From contig NC_043009.1 of the NCBI RefSeq assembly GCF_006345805.1, positions 3,720,001 to 3,784,000 on the forward strand: a DNA stretch of 64,000 nt. The letters run 5' to 3'. Under the pieces are notes generated by a model. The model searched no databases. It saw only the letters and a list, made by a program, of their open reading frames with translations, and was not told where the DNA came from. Source of the DNA: Octopus sinensis (Eukaryota). Both the position numbers and the translations under genes were made by a program. Of the stretch, positions 25,006 through 38,344 are shown piece by piece; position 1 is the stretch's first letter, and each line of letters starts with the position of its first letter.

Positions 25006-25051
25006 GTCCACCTGAAGATTGTCGATCAAGACAGAAACGAGTGTAGTGGGC
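25006..25051 (+). ncRNA. minimal type I hammerhead ribozyme
   Basis: GUCCAC-CUGAAGA-U-UGUC(GAUCAA)GACA-GAAA-C(GAGU)G-UA/GUGGGC. 6-bp stem I, one extra U after A9, 4-bp stem II, 2-bp stem III, GUA site (cut after 25045). Confidence 0.75.
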
Positions 25052-25174
25052 GGTTTTTTTGACTATTTTTAAATTTTATGTATTGATTAAGTCTTTCCTT
25101 GTTTGTTTGTGCAAAAAGTGGTTTTTGTCTCAAATAATATTTTATATATATATATATATATATATCTATTATAT

Positions 25175-25213
<39 letters not shown>

Positions 25214-25391
25214 CTATATATGTATATATATATATGTAAATTTATATAAATAAGGATAAGATCGTTAATTGAAATATCGATCTTATCAAGTGGCCAGCAT
25301 GGAAATAAAAACCTTCAAAGGTAATAATGATTCTTATTAAAAATATAATTTAGGGTATATCTTAGATACCCTAAATTATAATTTTAATATA

Positions 25392-25436
<45 letters not shown>

Positions 25437-25442
25437 ATACGC

Positions 25443-25636
25443 TTTTACTTATTTCAGTCATTTGACTGTGGCCATGCTGGAGCAACTCCTTTAGTCGAGC
25501 AAATCGACTCCAGGACTTGTTCTTTGTAAGTCTAGTACTTATTCTATCGGTCTCTTTTGCGTAAACACTCCAGCATCAGTTGTCAAGCGTTGTTGTTGGG
25601 GGGGGGGCATACACAGACACACAAAAGTATACACAT

Positions 25637-25679
<43 letters not shown>

Positions 25680-25832
25680 CATATATATATACATACATAC
25701 GACGGGCTTCTTTCAGTTTCCGTCTACCAAATCCAGTCACAAGGATTTGGTCTGCTTGAAACTATAGTGGGACTGAACCCGGAACCATGTGGTTCGTAAG
25801 CAACTACTTACTACACAGCCACTCCTACGCCT
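25443..25832 (-). mobile_element. family B SINE (with internal deletion)
   Basis: tttcagtcatttgactgtggccatgctggagc ... cacagccactcctacgcct. Confidence 0.85.
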
Positions 25833-25843
25833 ATGTATATATA

Positions 25844-25992
25844 TTCCTCCGATGTCGACTTTGCCTTTCGTCCTTTGGAAGTCGATAAATTAAGTACCAG
25901 TTACGGACTGTAGTCGATGTAATCGACTTAATCCCTTTGTCTGTCCTCGTTCATCCCCTCTACGTTTAACTCCTTGTGGGTAATAAAGAAAT
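25844..25992 (+). mobile_element. family A SINE, 3' half, followed by (TATC)n
   Basis: gtcgactttgcctttc...aataaagaaata. Confidence 0.8.
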
Positions 25993-25993
25993 A

Positions 25994-26085
<92 letters not shown>

Positions 26086-26163
26086 ATATATATATATATA
26101 TATATTATATTAATATATATATATTATAATTATATATATTATATATGTATATATATATATATA

Positions 26164-26830
26164 TCACGACGTGGTTCCCACTATTGAAAAGACTGCCTCC
26201 ACGCGCTGCTACTACACTTTCGTCCTTGCCAGCAAAAGGCTTTTTCGTTCGTCCCCCTGTGTGGTTGATTTCCTGTATAGTATTCTTTTTTTATTTTCTC
26301 GTTTTGTAACTAATTGTACTTTTTGTACTGTATTTTTATTTTTGCATTTTTATTGTTTGTCTATGCCAAGAAAAAAGGCCTTTTCGTTCGTCCTCTGTGT
26401 GTTTGTTTTTGTACATGTAATCTCGTTTTGTAACTAATTGTATTTTTTGTACATGTATTTTTATTTTTGCAGTTTTATTGTTCGTCTATGCGAAAAAGGC
26501 TTTTTCGTTCGTCCTCTTGTGTGTTTTTGTTTTTGTTACATGTATTTTAATTTTGCAGTCTTTATGTTACGTCTTGTTTGTGTTCGTACTCATTTTGCCC
26601 CGCTGCTTGGAATTTTATTTTAATTCTCTCGCAGGAAGGCCTATTGGATTAGTTCTGTTATGCTTCGAAACATGCCTGACTCCCCTAGCGACAGCTGATG
26701 ACGGGGGTTTTGTCCTTGTGTAGCTCGTCCTGTATTTGTTTTTCGTTTTCTTGTTTTCGTTTTCCGTTTTCTTGTTTTTTGTTTTTTTCCGTTTCTACGT
26801 CTTATTTTGATGTCCTGTACTCCCGTATAA
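26164..26830. repeat. unclassified T-rich element with three internal subrepeats, in (TA)n
   Basis: aaaggc(t/c)ttttcgttcgtcc at ~26234, ~26374 and ~26494. Strong T skew. TA tracts on both flanks. Confidence 0.55.
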
Positions 26831-26915
26831 TTATATATATGCAGTATATATACATGTAGATGTAGGTACGTACATATATGTTTGTATGTATGCATCTATT
26901 TTTATTTATCTCCTA

Positions 26916-26947
<32 letters not shown>

Positions 26948-27094
26948 ATATTCTCAGATTGCTCTAAACCACGCATATATGAAATATGCATATACATGCA
27001 CACAAACATACATGCATGCGTATATACATATGATCACATATTCATGTATGTGTGTTTGTATATATGTAAAAAAAAAAATCAATATATGCATTTT

Positions 27095-27264
27095 TTTACT
27101 TAGTTCAGTAATTTGACTGCGGAAATGTTGGAGCACCGCCTCTGAAATCTACTCCAGGACTCATTCTATTGATTTATTTTCCCGAACCGCTATGTTACGG
27201 GGACTTAAACACACCAACATCGGCTGTCAAGTCATGGTGGGGAGACAAACAGACACACAAACAT

Positions 27265-27311
<47 letters not shown>

Positions 27312-27480
27312 CATATACACGACGAGCTTTCAGTTTCTGTCTACCAAATCCACTCCCAAGGCTTTAGTTGCCCCGAGGCTATGGTAGAAGACACCTGCCC
27401 TAGGTGCCACACACTGGGACTGAACCCGGAAACATGACGTTGGGAAGCAAGCTACTTACCACACACCCGCTCCTACGCCT
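27095..27480 (-). mobile_element. family B SINE
   Basis: Same diagnostic segments as 25443-25832. Confidence 0.85.
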
Positions 27481-27801
27481 ACATATATATACATATACAT
27501 AAATACACACATATACCATTTCCTTACAAAATGTTTCAAAAAAACCACCCTGGGTCCTATATGCAAAGCTAGTCCTTATGTAAGTTAATTAGGTACCTGG
27601 CTCATTGTCTCCCACTGTAAGCGCTGCTAGAATCCCTAACCGTCTATATGCCTGTGCCTCTTTAATGCCATCAAATCCGTTAACTTTCACCCTGTAGCTC
27701 ACTGATTTACCACCGGTTGTCATAATCACGGACCCACTCCACCCACTTGAAAACCATCTGGCAAGATTTGTTTAAGAAAGTTCTTTGAACCATGGCTCTT
27801 T

Positions 27802-27833
<32 letters not shown>

Positions 27834-28169
27834 CTGAAACTATAACAATTCGCCGTTTATTCATTTTTTTCTTTAATATATTTAACTTCGACTTAAGTCA
27901 TTTTCCTTTTAATTTTTTTCCTTCCTTCTTTCACTTTGGTTGTTTTCTTTAAGTATTTTGCCATTGGTATTTTCATTTATTTCCTTCCTTGAATCCTCCT
28001 CCTCTTTAATAGTTTCTGACATGTTGCTATTATTTTTCTAAGATTTTCTTCATCACACATTTCCATATTTGCATGTTACCTCTTTGGGCTGTTTTCCTTC
28101 TTCTCTTCTTCTATGTGTCCAATCTTCTTTTCATCCTTATTTTCCTTTGCCTCTTCTACTTATACGGCT

Positions 28170-28429
28170 GCTGTTACTACTACAATCACGACCCCCACCA
28201 CCATTATCATTACCACTACTGCTGCTGATGATGATAATGCTACTACTACTACTACTACTACCACCACACCACCATTACCACTACTGCTGATGATCATGAT
28301 GAAGCTACTACTAATACTACTACCACCACCATATCACCACTAGCACTACTACTGCTGCTGCTGGTGATGATGATGATACTACTACTACCACCACTACCAC
28401 TGCTGTTGCTACTACTGCTACTACTACTG

Positions 28430-28488
<59 letters not shown>
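28170..28488. repeat. compound (CTA/CCA/TGA)n microsatellite
   Basis: Directly visible. Confidence 0.9.
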
Positions 28489-28489
<1 letters not shown>

Positions 28490-29564
28490 GTCCTTTTTCA
28501 ATCTGCAATTCTACTTTACCACTTTTTTACCCTTCTCTCATCGTTTCGCTTTGTCTTTTTTTATATTATTTTTTTTTCTATTTTTATTATTTTCTTTTAC
28601 TCCGTTCTTCATGTTTCCCTCTTCATTAAATTGTTTTCCTTTTTGTGTTCTCCGCTCCTTTTCTTTTCTTATTTTTTGTGCGTCTTTTTGCAGCCAACTA
28701 CAAAACCACTTTGAAAATCGACGCCATCATCATCACCAGAAACACCATCATCATCATCATCGTTACCATCAACATCATAATCTGCCCGCTGGGATAATTT
28801 AACCCACGCCATCACCAACAATAACACCAATGACTAAATGGCCACCACCAGCGGTCGGAATGGAGAATTTATTTAAGACAAACGGTGGTAACATATAAAT
28901 TGCCACCACCACAGCATAATTAGAGCTGCTACTAAAATCATCGCAACAAAAAACAGCGCCACCGCGAAAGGCATCACAACCGTCAATATCATTATCATCA
29001 TCATCATGATCATCATTATAATATAATACCGTTTACACAGTAACTACCTTCACTGTCACCACCTTTTCAACCACCACCGGCAACGTTAGCATTATTACCA
29101 CCAAACACCATCCTCCTCCAACTGTTTCTCCTCATCCTCATCCTCATCATTATCATCATCCCTAACTTTTGTATCAAGTTACTTGCCTATCTATCTATCT
29201 ATCTATCTTGCTTATTTGCAAAAAAAAAAGAAATATAAATGTGACTTCATTGACCGAGGTTACCGTGGTCTTTTCCGTAGGCTTTTCTTTCCACGGGTAA
29301 ACCTCACCTGTCCTCCCCTTTACACTTCATATTGACATTTCTGTGATAACGATCCCTATTGATCAATTTTTTTTCCTTTCCCTTTTTTTTCCTCTCCCCC
29401 CACTTTTTTTTAAAATGTTATTCCCCCCTTTTTTGTCCTCTTTCTTTCCCTTTACGATCCCTTTTGATCGAAAACCAAAGCCCCTTTTTTTACCCCCAAA
29501 AGAAAAGCTCTACCTTGTAATTTGTCCTGTCTGTGTGCAGCCCTGTGTGGCTAATAAAGAAACA

Positions 29565-29595
29565 TATCTATCTGTCTATCTATCTATCTGTCTAT

Positions 29596-29648
<53 letters not shown>

Positions 29649-29659
29649 AATCTATCTAC

Positions 29660-29690
<31 letters not shown>

Positions 29691-29698
29691 CCTATCTA

Positions 29699-29781
<83 letters not shown>

Positions 29782-29785
29782 GTCT
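29565..29785. repeat. (TATC/TGTC)n microsatellite
   Basis: Directly visible. Confidence 0.95.
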
Positions 29786-30368
29786 AGCTGTTGTATTTCT
29801 ATTTGTCTGTGTATCTGTCTGTCTGTGCCTGTCTATGTGCCTATCTGCTTATCAATCTATCTGTCTGTCTGTCTGTCTGCCTCTCTGACTGCCTCTTTCC
29901 CTATACATCTGTCTATCTTTCTATTTATCTATCTATCTAACATGTACCAACCTACCTACCTACCTACTTATCTGTATATATATATATATACACACACATA
30001 TACACATATCTTGCAATCTATTTATCTATGTTCAAAATATAAACACCCCGTATTCCTTACTTAACATCGTCTACCGCTTGGGGTAAAAAATATGAAAACT
30101 TGGTTTTCAAAATATTCTCTGATGTTTGGTTAGTTTTGATGTTATTTCCCTTCATGACTTTGTAGATGTACTCGTTGCAACGCTTGTGGCTTTACAGCAG
30201 TTTAATATTTATATATGAGAGAAACATGGTTTTCGTAGAGGAGTATTAACATGATATTACAAAATATTGTGCTAAAAGCCGTGTGTAAGACAGCAGTATG
30301 CATGTATGTATATATATATATATTTCAATGTGTATCTTTGTATATTGGTAGTATATATATTTGTGCCT

Positions 30369-30429
<61 letters not shown>

Positions 30430-30431
30430 TG

Positions 30432-30735
30432 TGTGGAGGCGCAATGGCCCAGCGGTTAGGGCAGCGGACTCGCGGTCGCAGGATCGCCGTTTCGATTCCC
30501 AGACCGGCGTTGTGAGTGTTTATTGAGCGAGAAAACACGTAAAGCTTCACGTGGCTCCTGCAGGGAGGAGGGCGATCCCTACTGTACTCTTTCGCCACGA
30601 CTTTCTCTCACTCTTTCTATGTTGGCCTGCTCGCTTAGCCAGCGTCATTTGAAGGCTAAAAGAAACATAGTTAAGCGCATTGTGACCAGCGATGTTTCGC
30701 AACATCTGATAGCCTGATCGGTCACGGTGATCACG

Positions 30736-30739
<4 letters not shown>
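30432..30739 (+). mobile_element. family C tRNA-derived SINE
   Basis: tgtggaggcgcaatggcccagcggttaggg...tttcgattccc head, related to 15895-16196. Confidence 0.8.
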
Positions 30740-30782
<43 letters not shown>

Positions 30783-30837
30783 TATTAAATATTTGTTGTG
30801 CAAGAATTTTTATGTGAAGTTGTGTGTTGAAACAGAT

Positions 30838-31222
30838 ATTGTTATATTTCGGAATGGTCATATTGCCAGTTTAGCCAATAAAAACACACGCACTATATAT
30901 TTGGTGTTATTTTGCTTCAGTGATATTTATTTTTTACATTAATCATAGACGCACATAGAGATATAAGCATGCGCAAATGAAGACATACAATAGAAATACA
31001 AAATGGCTGACGGTTAGTAAGGAGAGACACAAATAAGTGAGAAGAAAACAAAGGACCACTGATGCGGTCATAGGAGTGTGACGAAAGAACTCTGGCCGAA
31101 ATAAGATTAAGATTAATGTAAAAAATAAATATCACTGAAGCAAAATAACGCCAAATATATAGTGCGTGTGTTTTTATTGGCTAAACTGGCAATATGACCA
31201 TTCCGAAATATAACAATATATA
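30838..31222. mobile_element. foldback element (arms ~30838-30945 / ~31110-31222) with a decayed hammerhead in the spacer, in a (TA)n context
   Basis: Arm tattgttatatttcggaatggtcatattgccagtttagccaataaaaacacacgcac... and its near-perfect reverse complement. The spacer holds a hammerhead-like motif at 31053-31097. Confidence 0.7.
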
Positions 31223-31242
31223 TATACTGTTATCTATATATA

Positions 31243-31326
<84 letters not shown>

Positions 31327-31368
31327 GTTTATACATACACATATACGTTTTATTACGTATGAAGGACC

Positions 31369-32264
31369 TTTTCCGTTTGGCTGCCAGCATTTCAAATATT
31401 TATCGAAAATTTTAAATTTCACACATTAATGTACTTTTCCAAGCTGAATTGCTGGAGATATTTCACGTTTTCCAGAAAAATATTTTTTAAATGTTATAGA
31501 GCTTTAAATTTTAATCATGTCCACCCAGACAGGAAACTGGATTTGGACGTTCTTATTTTGAGCGTGGCTGCACCTTTTGTCTTCAACATCCTGAAATTGG
31601 CATGTGTTTATAATGTTTGTATTCTGTACGCGGAAAACGTGTAAGCAACACGTCTTTTTGTAGTTTGAAGCATTGAGTATGCATTTATTTAGCTGTTATT
31701 TATAGCAAACTTCACAACCAGCCCCATAACAAAAAAAAAAGAGATTAAACAACACGTCTTTTTTAGTTTGAAGTATTCAATATGCATTTAATGCCGTAGG
31801 ACGAACTTAAAAGATTGATCTAAAAACAAAATAGTACATTGCAAGTTAAATATTTAAAAACAACATTTTATTGATTAGTTCATTGAAAACGAAAGTTAGA
31901 AATGCATTCAATCAATTTCTCGAATAAATCACAATTATCACATCTTCTGCGCCACATAAATTCGCAATTGTCAACATATAAGTAAAACAAGTGGTTTCAA
32001 TATATTGGTCAATACGTGCATTCTCGCAGACAAAAGAGTTCTCAAGCTCCGCTTACCACTATGGAAACAAGCATGAATGTGTCTGTAGCTTACAATTGGC
32101 TAGACTTACTCTAAATTTTCAAACTTTAATTGTTAATAACTTTTCATTCATAGATTTATAGTAAGAATTATTTTCATGTCATTCATTAGTCTATAAATGC
32201 CTATCATCACACTGAATATATAATCAATTTGAGAAGAAATTCATGCTGTCAGCCAAACGGAAAA
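31369..32264. mobile_element. non-autonomous DNA transposon candidate (22-bp TIRs)
   Basis: ttttccgtttggctgccagcat (31369-31390) and atgctgtcagccaaacggaaaa (32243-32264), 1 mismatch. Internal ~42-bp direct repeat at ~31647 and ~31750. Confidence 0.55.
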
Positions 32265-32354
32265 AATTCCAAATGAAGACAGAAACAAACCGATTTGGCA
32301 CACAGCACATGTAGTTGGAGTTATACATGTTGAACAACTTGTTGTAGGCACTCA

Positions 32355-32406
<52 letters not shown>

Positions 32407-32964
32407 TATATATATATATATATATATGTTCATATATATATATGTGCGTTGATAACTGCCTAATGATTGAAATATATTTCAATGGCAGAAAAACCTTTTG
32501 CTAGCGAAATATTTAATAACTAAAGATCATTTTTCCCCTGTGCTTTTGATGGGCAGAAGATGAAATTGTTGATTCATCATTTCATGCTCTTAATACTCAT
32601 CAGAGAAAATGTACTCAGTTTCCATCGACAACCCACAGCCTTGATTATAAAGCTAAATTTCGACGGTAGTCATAAATTAGGCAATCACCGATGAGGACTG
32701 TTGAATTTGTATTTATAAATGGATGTCATTAACCAAGTAATATTCTCCTCTAATTAAACAAAGTACATCTTCCTTGCTGTGCCATCAACAAACCAAAACT
32801 CAAAAATGTTCATCACAACTGCTCCTGTTCATTATCCTGGACCTACAAAACATATTAAAAAACATGTATCTCCTTGTCGTTCAAACTCAACTCTATAACA
32901 CAGCTCACGAGATGTATGAGCTTTACATGGACGTATAGAAAGAATTGCTATGAATACGGATATA

Positions 32965-33530
32965 TTGGGTTGTCCGGAAAGTTAGTGCCGATTTTTAAAT
33001 GAAAGAATAGGGTCAATAAATACTTGCTATTAAATTTTTAATCAACCAAATATGAACCATTTTGTTGCACAATGCGTCTCCATCTTTCCTTTAACTTGAA
33101 AATACCCTCTTCCTAGAATTGAGGTGGTTTCAGGGCAAAGAATTCATCAAGATATCTTTTTACGTCATCCAAGGAATTGAAATTTTTACCAGTAAGACTA
33201 TTCTGCAGAGACCTGAATAAGTGGAAATCCGAAGGAGCAATATCTGGTGAATATGGAGGGAGGGGTAACACATCCCAGCCGAGCTGCAGTAATTTTCGTC
33301 TGGTTCCCAAAGCATCAAGTGGCGAAAATGAACTTTCTTATCTTCCATTTTAAAGGGTTACAAAATTAACACAGGTTATACGAACATAAACCTTCTTCCA
33401 CTAAAAGATAGCTTAAGCTGTGCTCTAAATGGAGGTGGAGTCAAATCCTATTTTATAGACTCAACCATGTTCTAAAATAAGTCGAAATGTGAGCTACTAT
33501 AAATCTGCACGATCTTTCCGGACCACCCAA
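32965..33530 (-). mobile_element. internally deleted mariner element (566 bp) with TIRs and TA target duplication
   Basis: TIRs ttgggttgtccggaaagttagtgc / gcacgatctttccggaccacccaa, with TA on both sides. Minus strand has the N-terminus MEDKKVHFRHLMLWE fused to GWDVLPLPPYSPDIAPSDFHLFRSLQN (YSPDL motif). Confidence 0.92.
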
Positions 33531-33699
33531 TATTTAAACGCATAACTTAAGAATTTGTTGACCACAAACATAAAGCAGAGTACTGGAAACAGCAGTATTA
33601 AAAGCAAATCTAACGAAACTGAAATTAAAGTCTGACCTGTGTCATACAATGAAACGTAGGATCCTGGAAAAAATACATCTATACGACTTCAATTAACGA

Positions 33700-33868
33700 G
33701 GTGAGGGTCTGAAAAGTTCTTGGTTTGAGGCCCAAACTTCCGAGTTTTCTTACAGGGCTTAGAGAAGTTGAACGACCGTTGTAATAAGTGTGTGAACTTG
33801 AGAGCGCAATATGTGAGTAAAATCATAATTCACTAATCCTCCTGATTTCCTTTTCAGCACACCTTCGC
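33700..33868 (+). mobile_element. short mariner-derived MITE remnant
   Basis: Ends gaggg..ctgaaaagtt / ttttcagcacacc. Interior encodes LEKLNDRCNKCVNLRAQYV (mariner C-terminus). Confidence 0.5.
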
Positions 33869-34404
33869 ATATATTCTGGATACTCCTCTCACTTGAAAAG
33901 TACCACATATGAATGGAAAAAAATGCTTAACACTTCTTCACCTCAGATTTCGCTGACACATTCTCTTTTGTCCTTACATACCTTATTAAATTTACTTTTT
34001 CGTCCTGCATATAATTACTCCTTCTTTGATGCAGGATAATTACGTCTAATTATATTTAACATTTAGACGGAAGAATAATTTTTTTAAAATAACATAGCTT
34101 CCCATTATGCAATGTGGAGATAAACGCGGTGACAAGACCGAGTCTGCGATGCCTATACCAATCCACCATATAATCCAATTTGCGTTGATGTAAAATCTGT
34201 ATAAAATTACTTATACCAATAATATCTCTTAAGTTCTTAGATAAACCGCTACATACAAATGAATTTGTACGAACAGACCATCATAAAGGTAGAACACTAT
34301 TTCAAAATTGTAAAAGAAGAAACCACTTAAAATATAGCAAATATATATATTATATATAGTTTACACGTATATTTGCATGTGTGTGTGTGTGTTGTGTGTA
34401 TGTT

Positions 34405-34448
<44 letters not shown>

Positions 34449-34599
34449 TATGTGCACTAAATGAGCAGGTTTTGGGGGTTTGTTTGTTTGACTTTTGTTT
34501 GTATGCATAATAAATCAAAAGATACAAACGGATATATTTCCTTCATATATTATGCATTTGGTTACGTATCTGAACGTCTCAATGCAACTAACCAATGGG

Positions 34600-34668
<69 letters not shown>

Positions 34669-34885
34669 TATATAATATATATATATATACATATATTTAC
34701 ATATATACACATATATATACACGTATATATATTATATATATATATATATCAACATAAATATATATATATATTTATACATATATATATATATACACACACA
34801 TATATGCATATACAAACACACACACACAGACACACACACACCACACACACATACACACACACATATATATATATATAATATATAT

Positions 34886-34928
<43 letters not shown>

Positions 34929-36022
34929 TATATACATACATACATATATATATATGATATCTCTCTATATAATGTAACAGACCTGTACTTCCATAACCAC
35001 ATATCAATTTTTCCAGACGAGACACATTCAATTCTGAATCGTTTGAAATAGTTTAATTTTCTATTTGATTAGGTGTAACTCTTTGTGGCCGACAGATAGT
35101 TCAGTGCAAGTGAATTTCATCTCGACTATAATACAGCAATTTGATAGCTTCACACCATCTGACTTTAAATTCTTCGTTAAATGCAAATTGACTTCGCGTT
35201 GTAACTGTCTCTCTCTCTCTCATTCACTTGCCGTCTCTCTCTTCTAATTCCTCTTCCAGAATATTCTCTATGCATCAATATCTTCACCAATCTCGTTGCT
35301 TCTCTCTCTACCGCTCTCAACAAAATAATTGTCGGATATTTTTTTTATTAGCGACCGAAAGGTTATTGTAGCTTTTACGACTAAGTGCTTGTAAATTCTT
35401 CACGATATGAATTTCTCAGTTTAATGCAAATTGAAAAAAAAAATCCTCGTTGTAGCAGATGAGCGTGATCGATTGAATCAAATCAATTATATTCATTTAT
35501 AATATTGTGGTACTGATTTTATCGATTCAGATATGATGAAAAGCCAAGATCCTTCCATGAAAGTCACTTGTATGAGGGTAAATTCATTTGTTTAATTCCT
35601 GAATAAAGTTTTCTTTCACAATATATTTACGCTAGAATATCCAAAGTTAATCAATCCTTTTATGGATCTGTAAATTATTTTATTATTGTAGTATTTGTTT
35701 TAACTTTTGCTCTCAGGAATCATGAAAGCCTAACGTGGGGCTGCCGTTGTGGCGGCGGCAGCTGCTTCTATTGCCGCCGCTGCTGTTGCGACGGGATTTC
35801 TTCTAGGTCAACCCGGATTCACAGCCGCATCATTAAAGGTGTTCAGACTCTGACTACATCGTAAATTAAATATAGAATTATATTTTCGAGTCTAGAATTA
35901 AACCTGTCATCTTTGAATTTCTCATTATTAAAACTAGTAGTGTGTGGTTTTAGAGATGTTTCTTGCTATATCGAGCACAGGTGATGATTACTCTTGGTTT
36001 TGTGAAGGAATAAAAGAATATA

Positions 36023-37520
36023 TCGGGTCATCCTATAAATAATGCGGTTTTCTTATAGTTCTTTTTTAGTCTAAAATATACTCTCCCTCATTTTCTACAA
36101 TACTCTTCTATCTGTCTGGTAGACTTGCAAAGTCTCTCTTCCAAAATCCACTTGTCCTTACTGTTCTGGCCTCGTCTACAGAATTCATATTTTTTCCATT
36201 AAAACGATTTTGAAGACTGCAGAATAAATGATAATCAGATGGGTCACCATCCAGTGAATATGGTGGGTGGGGCATCATTTCTCATTCAAACTGCTCCAAC
36301 TTTTAGAATATCATCCTCGCTATATGTGGCCGAGCATTATTCTGATGGACGAACACCTTTCGACTTGAAAGCAAAGATGGTCGCTTTTCTTCTAATACTG
36401 TAAGCTGCTCAAGCAGCTGACAGCCGATCTCCTTTATTATCGTTTGGTCTGGGTTTAAATGTTCAAAGTGGACTAAACCCTTCGTATCCCACCAAACAAA
36501 TAACAACAGCTTACGTGAGTAAAGACCTTCTTTAGCCTGGGGTGCTGGTGTTTCTCTTTTCCCTACTCATTGTCTTCGGCGCTTGACATTTTTATAGAGA
36601 ACCTACTTCACGCCACGAGTCATTATTCGGCCCCAAATTGTTTATTCTTGAGAGGTGACAGCAAAGAAGAGCACATATTCATTCTCTGCGCGCGATTAGA
36701 CTCGGAAAGTGTGTGAGGAACACATTGACCCAATTTAATGACTTTTTCGATGGCACGCAGGTGTCGATGAATGGTTGAATGATGAAATCCAACCTGCTCT
36801 GCTAGTTCCTCAACAGTTACGATGAGATTTTCTCCCACCAACATTTGCAGGAGGTCCTCGTCGAGCTCTATAGATCTTCCAGGACGGGGCTCATCTTCTA
36901 GGCTGTAGTTTCCGACTCGGAATTTTTGGAACCACCGTTAACACTGGCTTACGCTTATTGTCCAATTTCCATATATTGCATTAATATTCCTCGCACAAGG
37001 CGGCGAGCTGGCAGAAACGTTAGCACGCCGGGAGAAATGCTTAGCAGTATTTCGTCTGTCGCTACGTTCTGAGTTCAAATTCCGCTGAGGTCGACTTTGC
37101 CTTTCATCCTTTCGGGGTCGATTAAATAAGTACCAGTTACGCACTGGGGTCGCTATAATCGACTTAATCCGTTTGTCTGTCCTTGTTTGTCCTCTCTGTG
37201 TTTAGTCCCTTGTGGATAATAAAGAAATAGGTATTTCGTCTGTCTTTCCGTTCTGGGTTCAAATTCCGCCGAGGTCGACTTTGACTTTCATCCTTTCGGG
37301 GTCGATAAATTAAGTACCATTTTCGTACTAAGGTCGATCAAATCGACTGGCCCCATCCCCCAAAATTTCGGGCCTTGTGCTCAGAGTAATAAAATAGAAT
37401 ATTCATCGCACTGGCCATTGTGTTGTTGCTTTTATTGAACACAGTTCATGTATCAGGAGCATGGTTGGTCCAGCTTGCTACAAATCTATTTATTAGCACT
37501 GTACTCTTACTATAGACTCA
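36023..37520 (-). mobile_element. degenerate mariner transposon interrupted by a SINE dimer
   Basis: Minus frames: RNINAIYG..ISVSQC*RWFQKFR.G.YSLEDEPRPGR (HTH), TVEELAEQVGFHHSTIHRHL, KLGQCVPHTLS (WVPHEL-like), FVWWDTKGLVHFEHL, HQNNARPH. TIR-like end TA-tcgggtcatcctataaataatgcgg at 36021. Confidence 0.85.
36997..37397 (+). mobile_element. tandem family A SINE dimer with 14-bp target-site duplication
   Basis: aatattcctcgcac (36983-36996) and aatattcatcgcac (37398-37411) flank two head-to-tail SINE bodies. Confidence 0.85.
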
Positions 37521-38344
37521 TAATTATCTTGATCTCGATTCCTATTTTATGTTGTTACACGCAGGTGACAATATAACCCATTCCCCCCAACAACCGTCTC
37601 CAACCATGATTTATTCATTCTTAACCTTAAAACCAAAGATCAAAAATACAGGAAAGTGTCTACAAATGAGAGATTTTCCTTCTCACCATCAAGAAACCAG
37701 AAACGGCATTCACATAAAGAAAATATCACCGCTCTATGCACACACTTGATCATGAGCATGAATCCAACTACAGGCTGGCTCAGAATATTTTCCAGTTATT
37801 ACGTGAAAGTATGGCCGTGAATCAATACAGGTGAGAGCAACACAAAAAAGAGCTAAAATCGCATTCCAATGATTGATTCCTCTTTTCAGAGCCAGATATT
37901 TCTTCCCAGCAACTATTGATAGTCTCCAAGTCTCCGGTGAAACCCACAGTCAATTCTTGTTTTTGCATCGGACATAGAGCTATTACTTCTGTACCCACCA
38001 CACAGGCACACACATCCCAGACCGCATTTCGAAAGATTCACTTGGCTGGTAAGCATAAATTCACTCACAGAGGCGTTCCAGCCTCTCGTCTGGAAGCTTA
38101 CTTTCTCTCCAGCCCGCACAGTAACGCTACTATAATTGTTTCTAATCATCGACAACTCCTCAGGCACTCTCAATATACTGTCATTCTTATTGTCATCCAC
38201 CGCCCAAGCCTCACACTAAAAGCCAACCTCAGTGCTTCCTCTTCCTAAAGCATCGTCTCTTTAGAATTTACTTACCCCTATTTTCAGCATCTGTTTCTTT
38301 GCATGCGGTATAATATGGTCTGAATACACACATACACACACATG

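Larger units (their letters stand above)
24737..25145. mobile_element. Penelope-like foldback (palindrome centred 24984/24985, arms ~24821-25145) in (TA)n
   Basis: Loopless palindromic centre gttacaaa|tttgtaac with ~160-bp arms. Same family as 7262-7619. Each arm carries a minimal hammerhead. Confidence 0.8.

Noticed and set aside
26636-26740. ctgatga (26696) and nearby cgaaacatg
   Set aside because: Neither can be assembled into a type I, II or III hammerhead: there is no downstream GAAA, no NUH site and no stem I.
35752-35780. 10-bp GC hairpin gcggcggcag/ttgccgccgc
   Set aside because: Explained by opposing short (GCC)n runs. No T-tract or other functional context.
37750-38290. GC-richer unique stretch with 95-110 aa ORFs on both strands
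   Set aside because: No recognisable motif or convincing splice context. It may be an old TE fragment or an exon, but I cannot support either.
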